64,000 nt of DNA from Somniosus microcephalus (GCA_052327205.1 CM126213.1:117056001-117120000), one strand, 5' to 3'. Shown: positions 39,158-52,990, counted from the first letter of the stretch. Numbers and translations are program-made. Notes: generated by a model not told the origin, from the letters alone.

Positions 39158-42100
39158 AAGCAGGGTTGTCAAGGTATTGAATGAATGATGATCTGCCGTT
39201 GCAACAACTCCGGCTGCCTTGGACCGCTATCTTACTGTAAAAAAAACAGCGATGAAAACGTTCACGAGGAGTTAACAACAAAAAAAAATAAGAGAGAGAA
39301 GGGGGCGAAAAGCAGCTTCGGCTTCTTTCGTAGCTTTTTTTGTTGTTTGTTTGAATAAGTGGCTGTCAGTAAGTATTGAGGAGGTGGCAGGTTGGGAGGT
39401 TGGTTGGTTACGGAGTGAGTGTGTTGTCAGTAATAATGCGCTGGCAGCGCTGAGCGGCGGCGGCGGGAGAATGACGGAACCCGGAAGTAGTGGTGGCCAT
39501 AGCCAGTCGTACGCCAACCAGTCTCTGATATGCAGAGTATGCAATCCGGACTGCTGCAAGTCATGGGGGGAGTCAAAAAATAATCGCTCGCACACCCCCT
39601 TCCCCTCCCCCCCCCACCAAAAATAAGGTTATAAAACAGATCTCTAAATCAATCAGCATTATGGTATCCTAACAAGATTCATTGTCTTTTTAAAAAATAT
39701 ATCAAGCACGGTCTTAAGTGACACAAAAAAAAGTTGTTGATATGTTCAGACATTTCAAAACTTCCCAAAGTAAGGTAAGGACTACAGAGCTGTAGCATCC
39801 TTTTTTAAAAATCAACCTTCTTGCAATTCTCAGAAACTATGCGATCAAGCGGTTAAAGAATTTCCGACTACCACACTTGCAAATAGATAAAGTAGGGATC
39901 CTGTTAACTAATCGCATTTACGACTGGCCAGTATATGTGTGTTGGAGAGAGTTGCTTCAGAAAGGCAGCGTTGGCTTTATTTGAGTAAGCAGTTACGAAG
40001 TTCAACAGGCTCTAAATTATTTTCCGTCCAGTCATTCGGTGTGCGAGCTTGTTTCCCCCCGGTTTACTTTTCCTCGCTTTGTTGTGGTTTGCAGTGTGCT
40101 CGAAGACATTTAATCGCAGTAATTCCTGATAATGATGTTCCTAATTGCATGGAGTTATTTAGAAAATTAAGTGCGGTCCCGCACCCCCTTGAGCACAAAT
40201 GAACTTTTCCAACGAAAAAAAAGCTTTTGCAGGGAAAGTAATTTTGTGCGTCTCGTCCAATCCTTTTGCTGGATCCAAATTCATGCACCCAGCCGTACAT
40301 CATGGCAGTCAATTATCATAGCTTCATCTGATCATCAATCACAGGGGATGCTAGAAGTTAAGGGGCGGAGCATTGGTCGACCCATCGATTGCAGTAGTTT
40401 TGTCTTTTTCCCCTCTCGTTCACGGTCCCCTGCGCACAAAGGCCAAAGCGGACTATTCCGTTTAATATTTGGCTTCATCAATAGACATGCAGGCTTTTGT
40501 ACATGTGACATCACATATCGATGGTTTCACAAAAATGGCAAAATACATTGTCTACGGGATATTTGATTTCCAAAATTAAACATGAATCACGACTTTGTCA
40601 ACGCAGACAGAAATTATGTGCACTTTCTTTTTACGGACACAGGGACATAATAACAAAGCAACTTCAGAGGTCAATAAAGCAAAAGAAAAGATGAATGATT
40701 AAGAGGATGATGATGATGATAGTGATAACCACTGCAATTAAACAGTTTGATTAAACGAGGCATCATAACAACAATGATGTTTGGGAAAACACCCCTCACA
40801 TAAAAAGTAAGATAGTGCAGCGGTTGATAAATGCCAGTGGGCATTCCAACATGCTTCTGCCTGAGTATACCAGGGACTGTTGACAATGTAGGACAACATC
40901 GAAAATTCGCTCTCAAAATACTTTTACGCATTGTTCCCCCTCTTTTTTCCTAAAAGAAAAGCGACGCACAGCCACTGAAGACCCAGCAGCCTCCCGAGAC
41001 GGTCTTCAAATAAGTATTCTTCTGGGATACTCTACTGGCGAATTGTCCTCCTACACAGAAGGGTAAGTACAGCCGAGTCCTTCGTATCAAGTAAGTGTGT
41101 TTCACTAATAGGCATTTATTCCCAAACAGTATACAAACGGCAACGTTGCTATGGCTGTGCCTAACCGTGCAGCCACACATTAATGATTGCTCTATTTTAA
41201 TTTGGGTATAATGTAACAAGTCAACGCAATGGAAGGTGGGTGGAATAATGCGCGAAAGCACCCGGGTTTTAAATCAAGCCGGCCGCGAGTTTTCACCTCA
41301 TCGATGCACGGCGATAAGCGTTTCTGATCGGACCCCGAAATTGGGAACAGGGCGTTTGTAAATTGGGAAACCTTTATAAAGCACTAAAGCGGCGAGCTGG
41401 TAGCAGCGATGAGTAGGAGGGTTTCTCAAGTGATAAATAAAAGTAAATGTTGTGTGACAGTCATCGGTGACTATTGAAAATACATTTGTTCCGATTCACT
41501 TTTTGTAAATGGGTTTGACTGCGGTGTTGTGCCGTAACCATTTATATGATACAGTATTGTAAAGTGTATGTGTGTTGGAATATGCTGTATCTCGTAGTAG
41601 TGCGCAGATTAAATATTCCAACTGGACACACGCACAAATCTGTAAACTATATACAGTTAGATATTTTATTTTAAATACCGGCAAATTCTATTGATAATCC
41701 CCCAAATAATAAGCAATGTCTGTAATATTTGTCGAATTCTCAATGTTTTATTTTGTAATATGAAGCAAAGTACACGTTCGGATTTTAGGTCAAAAAAGTT
41801 TTTAAATGATCTCCATTTCTGGCCAACATTATTAGAAAACAAGTGACTTCCAAAGCGCCATTTATACTGGGCGGCGATAAACAAGGCGCGGGTTCTTCCA
41901 TGTAATAAATGATAGCCACCTAGTATTTGATCGATAGAAATCTATTTAATAGATACATTTCTTCTTTTGTGCAGAACGGAAGTACTTTAACGTAAAACAC
42001 GGTCTCACGTTTATTAAAGATTCACAACGGGCGACTACGAAATAATAGAATTCAAATTCAGACTATCAGATCCTGAAGAACATTTCTGTAAAGTGCCTCC

Positions 42101-43625
42101 CTGGTTTTCAGTAAGATACCAACTTCATTCCTGGCTATCCAGCTAGTTTTTGTAAAAACTTAACCCCGAATATATTAAAACTTGTGTGTGCGTGTTTGTG
42201 TTTTTTTTTACAAAACTTTAGGTCGGTTTCTGTTTAAGAGAACGCTTGATTTGTCTAATGCAATATGTTAAGTATGTTTTTCAAGTTTACAGTTTTTTAC
42301 TTATCCCTCCCCCCCCCCCCAACTCTATGCGAATTTAATACCGAAATACGGCCTTTTTAAATGAGATTTCAATAAGAGCCGGGAATCAAGTAGATGCCGT
42401 TCAAATAATGCAAATCTTGTCCGGTTATGGAGTGCTTCTCCATCAACAAGCAGATAGTAGAGGATAGCCGAAGATTGCTTTAACAGCCGGTAAAATTTCA
42501 TCTTCTGGTGTCAAATTGGGGTCAACTTGGGGTTAGAGCTATCACTGTTCAGTCTGAGTAGTCCAGCTGTGTTGAGATTCATTAAGAGTTCAGTATCTGT
42601 TTCAAGAAAAACAGCACTAAGACAATCAGAGGGCGAAGGATCCCGTTGTTGTTGGAACTACAAGTGCACCCAACGAAATGGTAAATGTATCAAAGCTTCC
42701 TTAAATTCACCAGGAAAGCCGGCAGAAAGGCGCCTTGCCCCCTTCGTCGTGTGTTTTTTATCCAACAGTAGAGTTTAAACATTGATCTGACTACATTCTG
42801 ATTTACTGATGCGAAATCTTTTTGTTGAGCAGAGCACGTACACGGTACTTTACTGTGTAATGTGCTGGTGTCGCAAAAAGAGAGCGGATTTTCAATTTGA
42901 TTTGATTTTCATCACCAAGAGGTGAATAAAAGTGAAATAACCTTCTACAGTAACTTTTATATCAGTGTTTAGTTAGTTGCTTAAATTTCTATTCATAAAT
43001 ACAGAAAATACATAAATGTATCCCAAATATTTAGATACTGACTTGTAAAAACTAAGCTAAAATTGCTTACTGTTAGGAACACACACAAACTATTAACGTT
43101 AACATGCTTGTATCAGGAGTCAGCTATGCAATGACGGGAAGTACAATATATGGTACAAATTCATAACAAGGAAGGAAAACATAAAGGAAGGCGATAACAC
43201 TGCGGGTTTGCAATTATTTTCGTGATCTCGTTGTTAAAAGGGTCGCGTTTAAATGTCTCCGATTCTAACCACAGTTAACGCTTGTTTATGTTTAAATTTT
43301 GATTGCCCTTCATTCTAAGTTTGTGTGTGCCTTTATTCTTGTTTCGGGGCGTGCGTTTTTTCCCCGGATTGTGTAAATATATTCATTTCCTCAGAGCAAA
43401 AGTTTGGAGTCTCTACTTGTTCGGGAAATGAGGTAAGACGCGGGTTTGAAACCAACAGCTTGCATGTCGAGGGTATTTCGCCAACTAGTCAATTCTTTCC
43501 AAGAATTCTGTTTTCTAAATTGGCTTAATATTAGATTTACAGGTTGCTTATTTGTTTTAGGAATCATAATCCCCACCCCACTCCCTCAAAAATAGGGGTG
43601 GGAGAAACATCGAGGGCGATTATGT

Positions 43626-43642
43626 TGAACTTTCCCTGACCC
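43626..43642 (-). promoter_or_regulatory. DR5 retinoic acid response element GGGTCA-gggaa-AGTTCA
   Basis: Plus strand tgaact-ttccc-tgaccc is an exact RGKTCA-N5-RGKTCA match, 4.8 kb upstream of the MEIS2 ATG. Confidence 0.65.
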
Positions 43643-46600
43643 CAATGTAAATACGGCCTTAAGGAAGTCCTTCGCACTGGACTCGGTGTTTAACCGTTAC
43701 CTGTAAACCGACGCAGATTCTCTTCATATTCTACCCAATCTCGCCACAATCAACAAAACCAAGCGACGTGAACTTTCGGCAGATGTTCTGCCTTGGTCGG
43801 CGAGAAGTTCATGCGAAGGCACTTCTTTTAGACAGCCCTTTAGCGCTATCTGGCGGGGCTGGCTGTAGCAATCCAATTGCTGATAAATACTCGACGGTAT
43901 TCCCGAAATATTTCAGAAAACCTTGTCCCCGCGCAAAGTTTATTTGCCAGCAGGACTGGGTCAGTGATCTGTTTTTGAATGAACAGATTAAATTGTGCCA
44001 ATAGAATCTATTTCAAACAAAGCTCAATTTGATAACGCCGCGTCCAACACGCCAATGAGCTCATTTCGTTTTCATTATCGAAAGAGTAAACTTTTCAATG
44101 GCCATAATACCACGCTGTCTAGAATGGCGAAATACATGTACTTTGCCATTGCTATCCATTCGTTGTTCCAAGTGCTTTTATCGTCACCTCCAATGTAATT
44201 GATTTTCAAAATTAATACATTTTGTTTTGGGAGCTAAGGGCGGTTGTCGCTAAATTGTCAGAACTGATTGCCGATATCTTCTTTCCTTCTTACGTGCATT
44301 TTAAAAGATATCACCAGAAAGGCTATTTTGACCGCACCACGACTGCCTGCATGCGAGGGAGACCATGCATGGGCCGGGAATTTGGAGGTCACTACCGAGA
44401 ACTTCTTAATCGCTAGCGCTGTTGTGGAAATGATAATACCACAATACCTCGCCCACACAAGGCATCTCCCGCACGCGAACTACACATGAAAGCATTTTAA
44501 AGAATCGTTACCTGTTTGGAAATGCGTGCTAATTTAGGAATCAACCCTCATTTGGCATATTTTGCCTGATTTTTTTTCTTTACTTAGAACAACGTTTAGA
44601 ACAACGTTTACAAGCATCTAATCATCAGCAATATATAAAGCAGTTTTCCGTATAAAAGTTATTTAATTTATCCTTTACGGGGAAAGCTGGATTTTTTTCT
44701 GGCAATATTATTACATTAACTGAATAATGACAAAAACAAAACAGGCCGATTTAGGTAGTTATTTTAGATGTTAATAGACTATGCTTCTCTGCTTCTTAAA
44801 CACAAGCTCGTCGTGTTTATAAGTAGTGGAATCATTTAATGAGTGTCATTAAAGCGTGTTTCCATTGCAATTATCCCTGGATTAGAACCACCAAACCAGG
44901 TTAATTTGAAAAAAGCAATTAGTGCCTACTGTAACAAAGCAACGGGCAAATCTTTATAGACTTTTTGTAATGGTCTTGCGATAAATTCCACCCTTTCGAT
45001 ATCTTGTGTATATAGCCTTTTTAATCTCATGCAAAAAGGAACGCTAATTTACTTTCATACAATGCTAACATTAACATATTACAGCAGCTGTTTTGTGATT
45101 TTTCCCTCCTTTCTGTTGTATGTAGACATATGTATTATGTTCTGATCTTCAACAAAGCTATTTGCAGCGATTTTGTTCTCGATGATTTGACGTAATTAAA
45201 TGTAACTTTTTATATGAAAGCTCTTTTTGGGCTGCGCTGAAAATTGGTTACTAATGGTGGTAAAAAAAAATCCGAATGCCTCCTCCTTTCTCTCCCCTCC
45301 GCGCAGACATCGAGGAGGTAAGACTTTAATTAATGATGCAGTTTTAAAAATATTTTTAAAATTAAGATCAGCAAATAATTAACCATAAGGGTGCATATTA
45401 TGTATCGGAAAAAATAAAATGTTGTTTACCTAGAATATTAAAGGAGCATTTTGGGAGAAGCTAATTCGCTAAATTTTCTAACCCTGTCTATACACTCTTT
45501 CCATTATCTTGGCATCTTTATTACGGGCAGTATGTTTCCGGGACATTTGGATCATCCAGCGTTTATATTATTTAAACTTAAAAGGATGACTTCAATTGGA
45601 AGTGCTTGATCTTTTGAAGCAGTGATGAAAATTAATTTTGCATTAATGATAATTATTCACTTGTTAACTTCCATTTAGCTGTTAATGTGACTTTGAGCAA
45701 TGGAATATCACTTGACTAAATTATTATGTACAAAACATGGGAAAATGTACAGATTTTAAGACACCGCATAGGGTTGTTGACCTAAACGGGGGTGATGTTA
45801 AAAAATAATTTGCACAGTTTTGTAATTTTTGTTTCTTCCAACGTTTTCATATAGTTCGAAATTATTTCAGTAAATTTAATTAGGCATGGTATTGAAACAA
45901 TAAAATCAATCACACATTTTACAAGGAGGCAAACGTACCATTGGAAAAAAACCTATAATTTTTTTCACTGCGCTGAATTTTTAAGAAGTTTTTTGTGTGA
46001 GTGCTCATATATTGTCTCTTTAAAACTGATTCCCAACTTTTCTTTAGGTGATCTAACAGAGGATAATGACTATCATTCCCACTTTTAAACGCAAAACTTG
46101 ACAGCAGCCACAGATCTAGAGTCCTTCTTCTACCTCGAAAATCCTCACTTTAAAGCGAAGCACAGCCCATCACTTCCAGACAGAGGAAAAGCAAAAATCG
46201 TTAAAAGAAATAATGCAAAGGAATGCCAAGTTGTTGAGTAAGCAATAAGCCATTGGATTAACTGTTGTTTTGTGAAGGTCAGGTCACGGGCGAGTTTTTC
46301 TCCCGCAGATCATTAGGTGTAATTGGGTAAGTTTAAGTGGACTTGGGATGCCTGTACTTAAGTTAATAGCAATGACCTTCTTGCGGCTGCCCTGTCCAAC
46401 ATTATTCATCTTTGCCAGGCCGATTTGAAAGCCATTCCCACTCCAGCTTTCCAGAGATATTTCAGAGTACGAACCCAGTAATGATATTCCGGAAAATCCC
46501 ATCACATTTTTTGTTTGTTCTTTAATATTATGTAAGCAAAGCAGATAACATTTCATCTGTGTCCCAGTGTGAATCAATCAGAATAAACCCATGCTTCAGC

Positions 46601-48329
46601 GGTAACTATATTGATTCATTGAATTGCCATACATGTTTTCAAAGCATATTGTACTTCATTGCAGCACACGCTGTAAGTTAAAATATTTAAAATAAAAACA
46701 TTCCTGAGTGAAGTGCTTGCATTTTGAATTCTGTTTGCGTACTTTGAGAAATATAGACTGAGCGTCATTTTTCTAAATGCAGATTGACATTCAGTATTGA
46801 TTTAATTACTAAATGAATAAAAAATAACTTAGCCAGTCAATCGTTGTCTGCGCTGGGCACCACTAAACTTATGTTGTCTTCTGTGATTTTCATCTACTTA
46901 AGTAAACGAAAAACGGCACATGAAGTGCGAAAAACGCAACAGAGCAAATCTGAAAACATTTTCGTAAAAAGCGATCTTTTTAACGTGTAATTCGTTGCAA
47001 AAAATTAAATATCTGCACTGCGCAAACTTTGTCATTTTCCTTTTATATTTTTTTCAAGATCATTATATCGCAGCGCGGATTGTAAAACACCCAACGACAT
47101 TTGAGTGCTTCGAGTACTGTGTTTTGGTGCCGATAAAATGGTTAAAATGCGTTACACTAAGTTCAATAGGCTTCATTAGGTTTTAAAGATTCAAGGGAAC
47201 TATTTTCATCGATTGGCCTCCACTGCACATAATTGAAAAAGCATAAAGCATTATTAAGCACGCTGTTGTGTCATTTTATTCTACAATTAAGGAGTTGGAT
47301 ACACTGCACAATATTACAAATGAAACGGGAATTTTAAATTATAAGGTATACTGTTCATATCATTTCCCCATAGCAGCCAATATCAAAATAACAATGGGAT
47401 ATGCGTGTTGAAAGGGGGCCGAGATTGTTTTGATTTTATTATTAATTAATGGGAAAGAAAGGAGGCGGCAGGTTTATAACAAATTATATTTTTCGACGTG
47501 AGCCCTGTCAGTCTTATAAATCCGATATTAAACTCATTCTGGATCTTGTGCGGCAAGGTGAGGTGTGCTTCGAGGCCCAGCTTCTAGTCTGACGAGATGT
47601 GTGGTAGGATGTGGGCTGCTGCTACAAGGTGCGAGAGTAAATGGCCTGTCCTGTCTTATTATAAATGCACGCCCGCCTTTCGATCTCCTTTCACGTACTA
47701 CGATGTCATATTTCTCTGCTCCTTATCCAAGTCCTGGTTATTTCCAAATGCCTTAGTCCTCTGAATCGATGCTCATTAAACCACCTGTTTGTATCCACAA
47801 TGCAGCCCGTAAATACACAAGATTATATCGTCATAAATTGAGGAAGACAACTTTTTTTAAGTTAAATAAAGTAGGGTAATATTCGCACGGAGGTTCAAAT
47901 AAACGGGAATTGTGCACGTGTTCAGTTCGCGTAGCACAATTGATGACAGACACAGAAAGCGAGGCAGTGGAACTGTTGTAATATTTTCTAACTGAAGAAA
48001 GCCAATCCCAATGCACAGCCATCAAGATGCAGGGCGAAGCTGCCCTATAACAACGGCATTCAAACATGGTTATGCAGACTGTTGGTCTACTTTTGTAGCC
48101 ACTTTTGTCTGAAGGTGCCGTCGCTCCGATCTGACCCAACTTTACAATCAATTCCCCTTTAGCGCGCGGAGACCTCTCCCGGGTTTGAGTCTGTCCTTTC
48201 CCATCAAAACAAATGCACTTTTGAGTAAAAATATAAAACAAGTGTCGTCTAATTGTTAAGGGGCCGATCCCGTTCAGCACCGATTAGAACTTCCTAAGCT
48301 GGGACCTAAATGAGAAGGTGCAGAAAGGG

Positions 48330-48660
48330 CCGAGGAACCTGGAGCACCCGGAGCACGTGCAGCTTCGCGCGCGCGCGGGGACTCGGCCAATGGGGAGAGC
48401 TGGCGGCAGGTCACGTGCTGCGAGGTCGCGTGCAGCGAGCTGGCCTTCCGCTGGTGCGGGCGGACTGTGTGCGCGAGTAACAGAAATACCGCTCAGAGCT
48501 GCTGGTCCTGGTTACCGACAATGTTATCACTGCACCTGCAGCAGTGTGCACAGGTGAATGACATGCCGGATACTTAAGGAGTAAGGTAGGTTTGGTACGC
48601 ATTGGTGACCGTGTGCACGCATTGCTACACGTGCGATTTGTGTTTTAAACGGCTGGACCT
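48330..48660. promoter_or_regulatory. Small GC/CpG-rich promoter-like element with no assigned gene
   Basis: CACGTG at 48354, 48412 (as GGTCACGTG) and 48628; CCAAT at 48387; (CG)n run near 48366-48377; possible plus-strand donor AAG|gtaggt near 48585. Confidence 0.5.
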
Positions 48661-50526
48661 GGAATTGGTCCAGAAACGAGCTGCCAGTCAGCGCTTGAAA
48701 TTTCCTCTGGTCTGGTAGTGCATCACCGCTGTGGGGGAACACTAACTTATTAATGAGAAGTGTTTTGTGTGTCCCTCCCTCATTGTGCCTTTACATCTGA
48801 CTTTGTCACTGCATGTCTTTTGCTGCACTTACCGGTTGCAGCCAGGTATTACCAGGTTCAATCTGCCTGACTCACACTGCAATAACCCTGCCCAGGAGAG
48901 AGCTCTGCATGTGCATGGTTACATGCATGCATGCATAAAGCTGCTTCCCTAGTGGTTAAAATTTAAATGTTTAAGAGAGTGTGGACAGGAGCGTCTGGCC
49001 TTCCTAACCATTTAATTGAATTCCAGGTAGATTTGATAAAATCCCCAATTGGATCCAAGAATTTGACATTGCACTGGAGTTATACCCCATGTGGTGTCAA
49101 ACCCTTGCAGAATGTTTCCTCCGGGGAGTCTCACCCTGCTTAAATTCACTCTCCAGTTAGGCCAATTCCAGATTCGTACTGTAGCTTAAGTGTAATTGTG
49201 CATTCATACACCAGCTTCAGGGCTGTAGCTAAGTGGTTTCTACTGCAATGCTGAAGTTGATGTGTAATCATAGATTGATGCCAGTGATCTCAGAGCAGAT
49301 CACACTGGATCTGCCCAAGTGAAATCCAGGAGCTGTGGGGTTTCATACGCAAAATAAAGAGCCCTGACCACAATGTTGACAGTCTGGTGACCAAATTGCA
49401 GAGCAGAACGTGGGTAGAGCAACAACTTATCCAGCAGCCCAAAATGAATAGAAATTTAATTTGTTTAATAAAAGATCTTTAGACTGTTGATTGGACCATT
49501 TAAACCCAGGAACTAAGATTGGGTTTTGGTGGAATCAACTGTCCAAACTCAAAGTAAATTGGGGAGAGGTTTGCTCTCAGTTTGCTTCCTACAATGTAAA
49601 TACATTTACTATATGTGTCTTTGTGCTTGTGTTTTTGCTAAGGCTGCTGCAACAATTCTAAAAAAATCATACTGTTAGCACGCGTATGAGTTTAGTTTGT
49701 TAAACATCCAAGTTGTCGGTGAGCGTTAGGATGGAGTTATTGCTACAACAAAGAGAGGGGATATTCAGTTATCACTGAATGGCATTGGCTTGCTCTTCTG
49801 TGTTTTAAAGATTTCATTTTGTATCTTTTATTTATAATAAAACATTTTTTACTGTTAGATGTGAAGAATGCATTTCTTCCCACTTAATAAATCATGTCTG
49901 TGGTTTTACACCTTTTTAATGATTTCTGTAAGCAAAATCCACAAGCAAGTACTGTTCCAATCAGTGTTCCCTGAAAGTTTCAGACTAAGGTATTGTATTG
50001 TCAGGAACCTGTAGGTGAATGCAGATCAAAACCAATGTTTGATAAGAGTATGAAAAGACATAGATATACCGAGCTAATTTGCAGGGATATTCAGTAAAAC
50101 ATGTGAAACATCAATTGTTCTTTCACAAATCAGATAAAGTAGCTTGCACAAATTTAACTTATCTTTTGTTTAAAAGAAAGTTTAAGGTTCGTTTATTGTA
50201 CAGCAAGCTCAGAGATGCTGTATAAGAGAATTACTTAATTGCTTGAATATCATAGGCTAATGCCAAACTGTGTTGATTCCCTGATCCATTTGCTGTACAA
50301 ATATTGGTTGATTTTTGTAAATTGGTAGTGGAACGGATGGGTGGGATACCGAGTTATTGGGAGAATGGAATGGAAGGAGAGAGTAGTGAAAAGATTGGAA
50401 GCCTTGTGTATATTCATTTGTTGGCAGATCCATGTAGTATTAGATATTGGAAATGATGGTAAAGCTAATAGCTAAATTGCTGTCATCGTATGGTCAAGAA
50501 CAGTGGCTGAAATAAATTTGATCCCA

Positions 50527-50890
50527 CAGCACGGTGGCATAGTGGTTAGCACTGTTGCCTCACAGCGCCAGGGACCCGGGTTCGAATCCGGCCTCGGGCG
50601 ACTGTCTGTGTGGAGTTTGCACATTCTCCCCGTGTTTGCGTGGGTTTCCTCCGGGTGCTCCGGTTTCCTCCCACAGTCCAAAGATGTGCAAGTTAGGTTG
50701 ATTGGCTATGATAAATTGACCCTTAGTGTTAGGGGGATTAAATACGTGGGGTTACAGGATAGGGTGGGATATGTGTTGGTGTAGGGGTTACAGGGATCGG
50801 GTGGGATATGTGTCGGTGCAGGCTCGATGGGCCGAAATGGCCTCTATCTGCACTGTGGGGTTTCTGTGATTCTGTGATTCTGTGATTCTG
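50527..50890 (+). mobile_element. HE1-type V-SINE, full length and young
   Basis: A box (tggcatagtgg), B box (gggttcgaatcc), V-domain gtggagtttgcacattctccccgtgtttgcgtgggtttcctccggg, an internal ~36-bp duplication, and a (gattctgt)n tail. Confidence 0.92.
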
Positions 50891-52614
50891 AAAAGGATGG
50901 ATTGAATTGCAGCCTTTTTTTAAAGTGGCATGTTAAAGAGTTATTTGTGGTCATCAGATAAAGGATATCAGTGCTGGGGGACGGAATGGTTTCTCAATTT
51001 TTAGTACCTTTTGCCAGCACGCAGAACTCTGACATCAAGTTTCTCTCACGCTAAATGCAGTAAAACTCCCATGCTCTGCTCCAGTAATCTGCCTTAACCT
51101 CACCTCAGAAGAATGTTCTTGATACACCAGTGTGTTTTCTTTGATTTTTGCATTAGCTATCCTTATGGCATCTCAAGAGTGAGATTCTCAGTTGTGTACT
51201 GAATTATGAGCCATTTTATGACACAATTCCATTTCTATTAGGAGCTGGGTATATTTCACATAGAAGACTTGTAACTGGCACAGCAAGAGAGAGGGAGGAA
51301 ACTTTAATCCCTTGGACTGGCTATTAAGCTAGATCCCAATGGTGAAAGAACACCACCTGGGTTTCCACATTGGCTCCTTTTAATTTCAGACAGTCAAATC
51401 TACTAAAATTTGTGAAATTAGCTGGGATATGCAATTAAGGAAATAAAATTGCAGCCAGCTCTCTTCTTGCATTGTACAGACCAATAAGACTGAGTTTGGC
51501 AGCTGGAGGATAATGGTAAACGTGTAAGTGTAGCCACTCTACATACATTAATATTCAAATTAGGTTATTGTTCACAATAGACAATGGGAATTGTACAATA
51601 AATTGCCAGGATACATTAACTACAGCACCACACAAATACACTAATTTCCTGTCATAACTAGGATTATTGAAGTGTGCAGTGGGTATATGGTAGCTAATTT
51701 TGAGCTAGATTTTTAGAAATAAGTTAGATATGTGAGTTAGCACTATTCAGATATTCACTCTTACATATATTATATTATTCATTAAGAAGTTTCACTGCAA
51801 AACATTATAAGCAGTCAAACTTACTAATATAATTGCAATTCACTGTATAGTTTTCTGTGCAAACTGTATTGAGCCCCAGTAACAGCATGTCTTTAGTTGT
51901 AAGCACAATGCAACACTTTTTGGAGGTAATGAGTACACATTTAAAGGCACACAAACTTCTGATTATCATTTTTGCTGTTAATAAAGGGCGTTAAGAAAAT
52001 GCCAGGATCATATTCTGGCACGGCTGGTACTAGATTTGGAATCAGTCTTGGTTTACATAGGTTTTGCAATGTGAGGTCTCTAAGGGTTGACAACCTACCT
52101 ACCCTATCACCCTTTCAAAAGATTGGATTTAGTAATAGAAGCCATGCATGGGAAAACATTAAAAGTGGTCCATTTGGAAGCTATATTTCTTGGTGTATGT
52201 TTTAAAGCTATTTCATGATTGCAACATATAATGGGAATATAATACTGAAAGTAATTATTACATTTTCCATGTGACATAACCTAGCCATGATTGGATAGTG
52301 CGTGTGGACTAAGATACCAGCTAAGATTCGACAGCCAAGGATTTTTTTTGCAGGGATAAACCTGTGCATTGTACGTTTCATTTGAAGTAAGGTTTAACCC
52401 TGGCCCCGATTCTGCTAATATTTTGGTGCACTTGTCCCATATATTTTCTGCTAAATATTAATTTGCTATCCCACACAGCTATATAGATTAATTGTCATTC
52501 AGTATGATGCAATTCCAACACATTTTAATCAATGTAAACAACGTGGTATTTTCAAACTACTTACTTATGCATTTGATTGGATGTACTTAATTAGTTTATA
52601 GGCGCAAGTCCTAG

Positions 52615-52990
52615 TTTCAGCTTGGCCTAGTTAGTGGCAATCTCACTTCTGAATCAGAAGATTTGGTAGGGGCAGGGGGTGGTCAGGACAGCAGGGTGGG
52701 GTGGGGTGGTGGTGCAGGTCCAAGCTCCACTTCAGAACTTGAGCTAATAATCTACGCTGAAACTTAAGTGCAGTAGTGAGAAATGTGGCTTTGTTAGAGG
52801 TGCCACCTTTCAGTGAAATGTTAAATTAAGGTCCCTCCTGCTTGGTTGGTTCATGTGGATGTAAAAGATTCCATGGGGCTATTTGAAGAAGGGCAATGAG
52901 TTTTCCCAGTTCTTTGCCAAAAATTGTCCCTTAATCAGCACCACTAAATCAGATTAACTGGTTATTCATTTTTTAAATTTGTTGTTGAGA
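52615..52990 (+). mobile_element. Deu-domain SINE, 5' part (possible continuation near 55545-55620)
   Basis: Degenerate tRNA head (cagcttggcctagttagtggcaatctcacttctgaatcagaag) and a body resembling the reverse complement of 57560-57863. Confidence 0.7.

Larger units (their letters stand above)
38826..39620 (-). promoter_or_regulatory. MEIS2: MEIS2 5' leader and proximal promoter region (TSS not determinable)
   Basis: Directly upstream of the ATG and CpG-rich. Contains an ETS motif CCGGAAGT (39481-39488), a short CGG run near 39455 and several TGACA motifs. Confidence 0.7.

Noticed and set aside
50527-50600. tRNA gene
   Set aside because: The A and B boxes belong to the head of a V-SINE whose body and tail follow directly.
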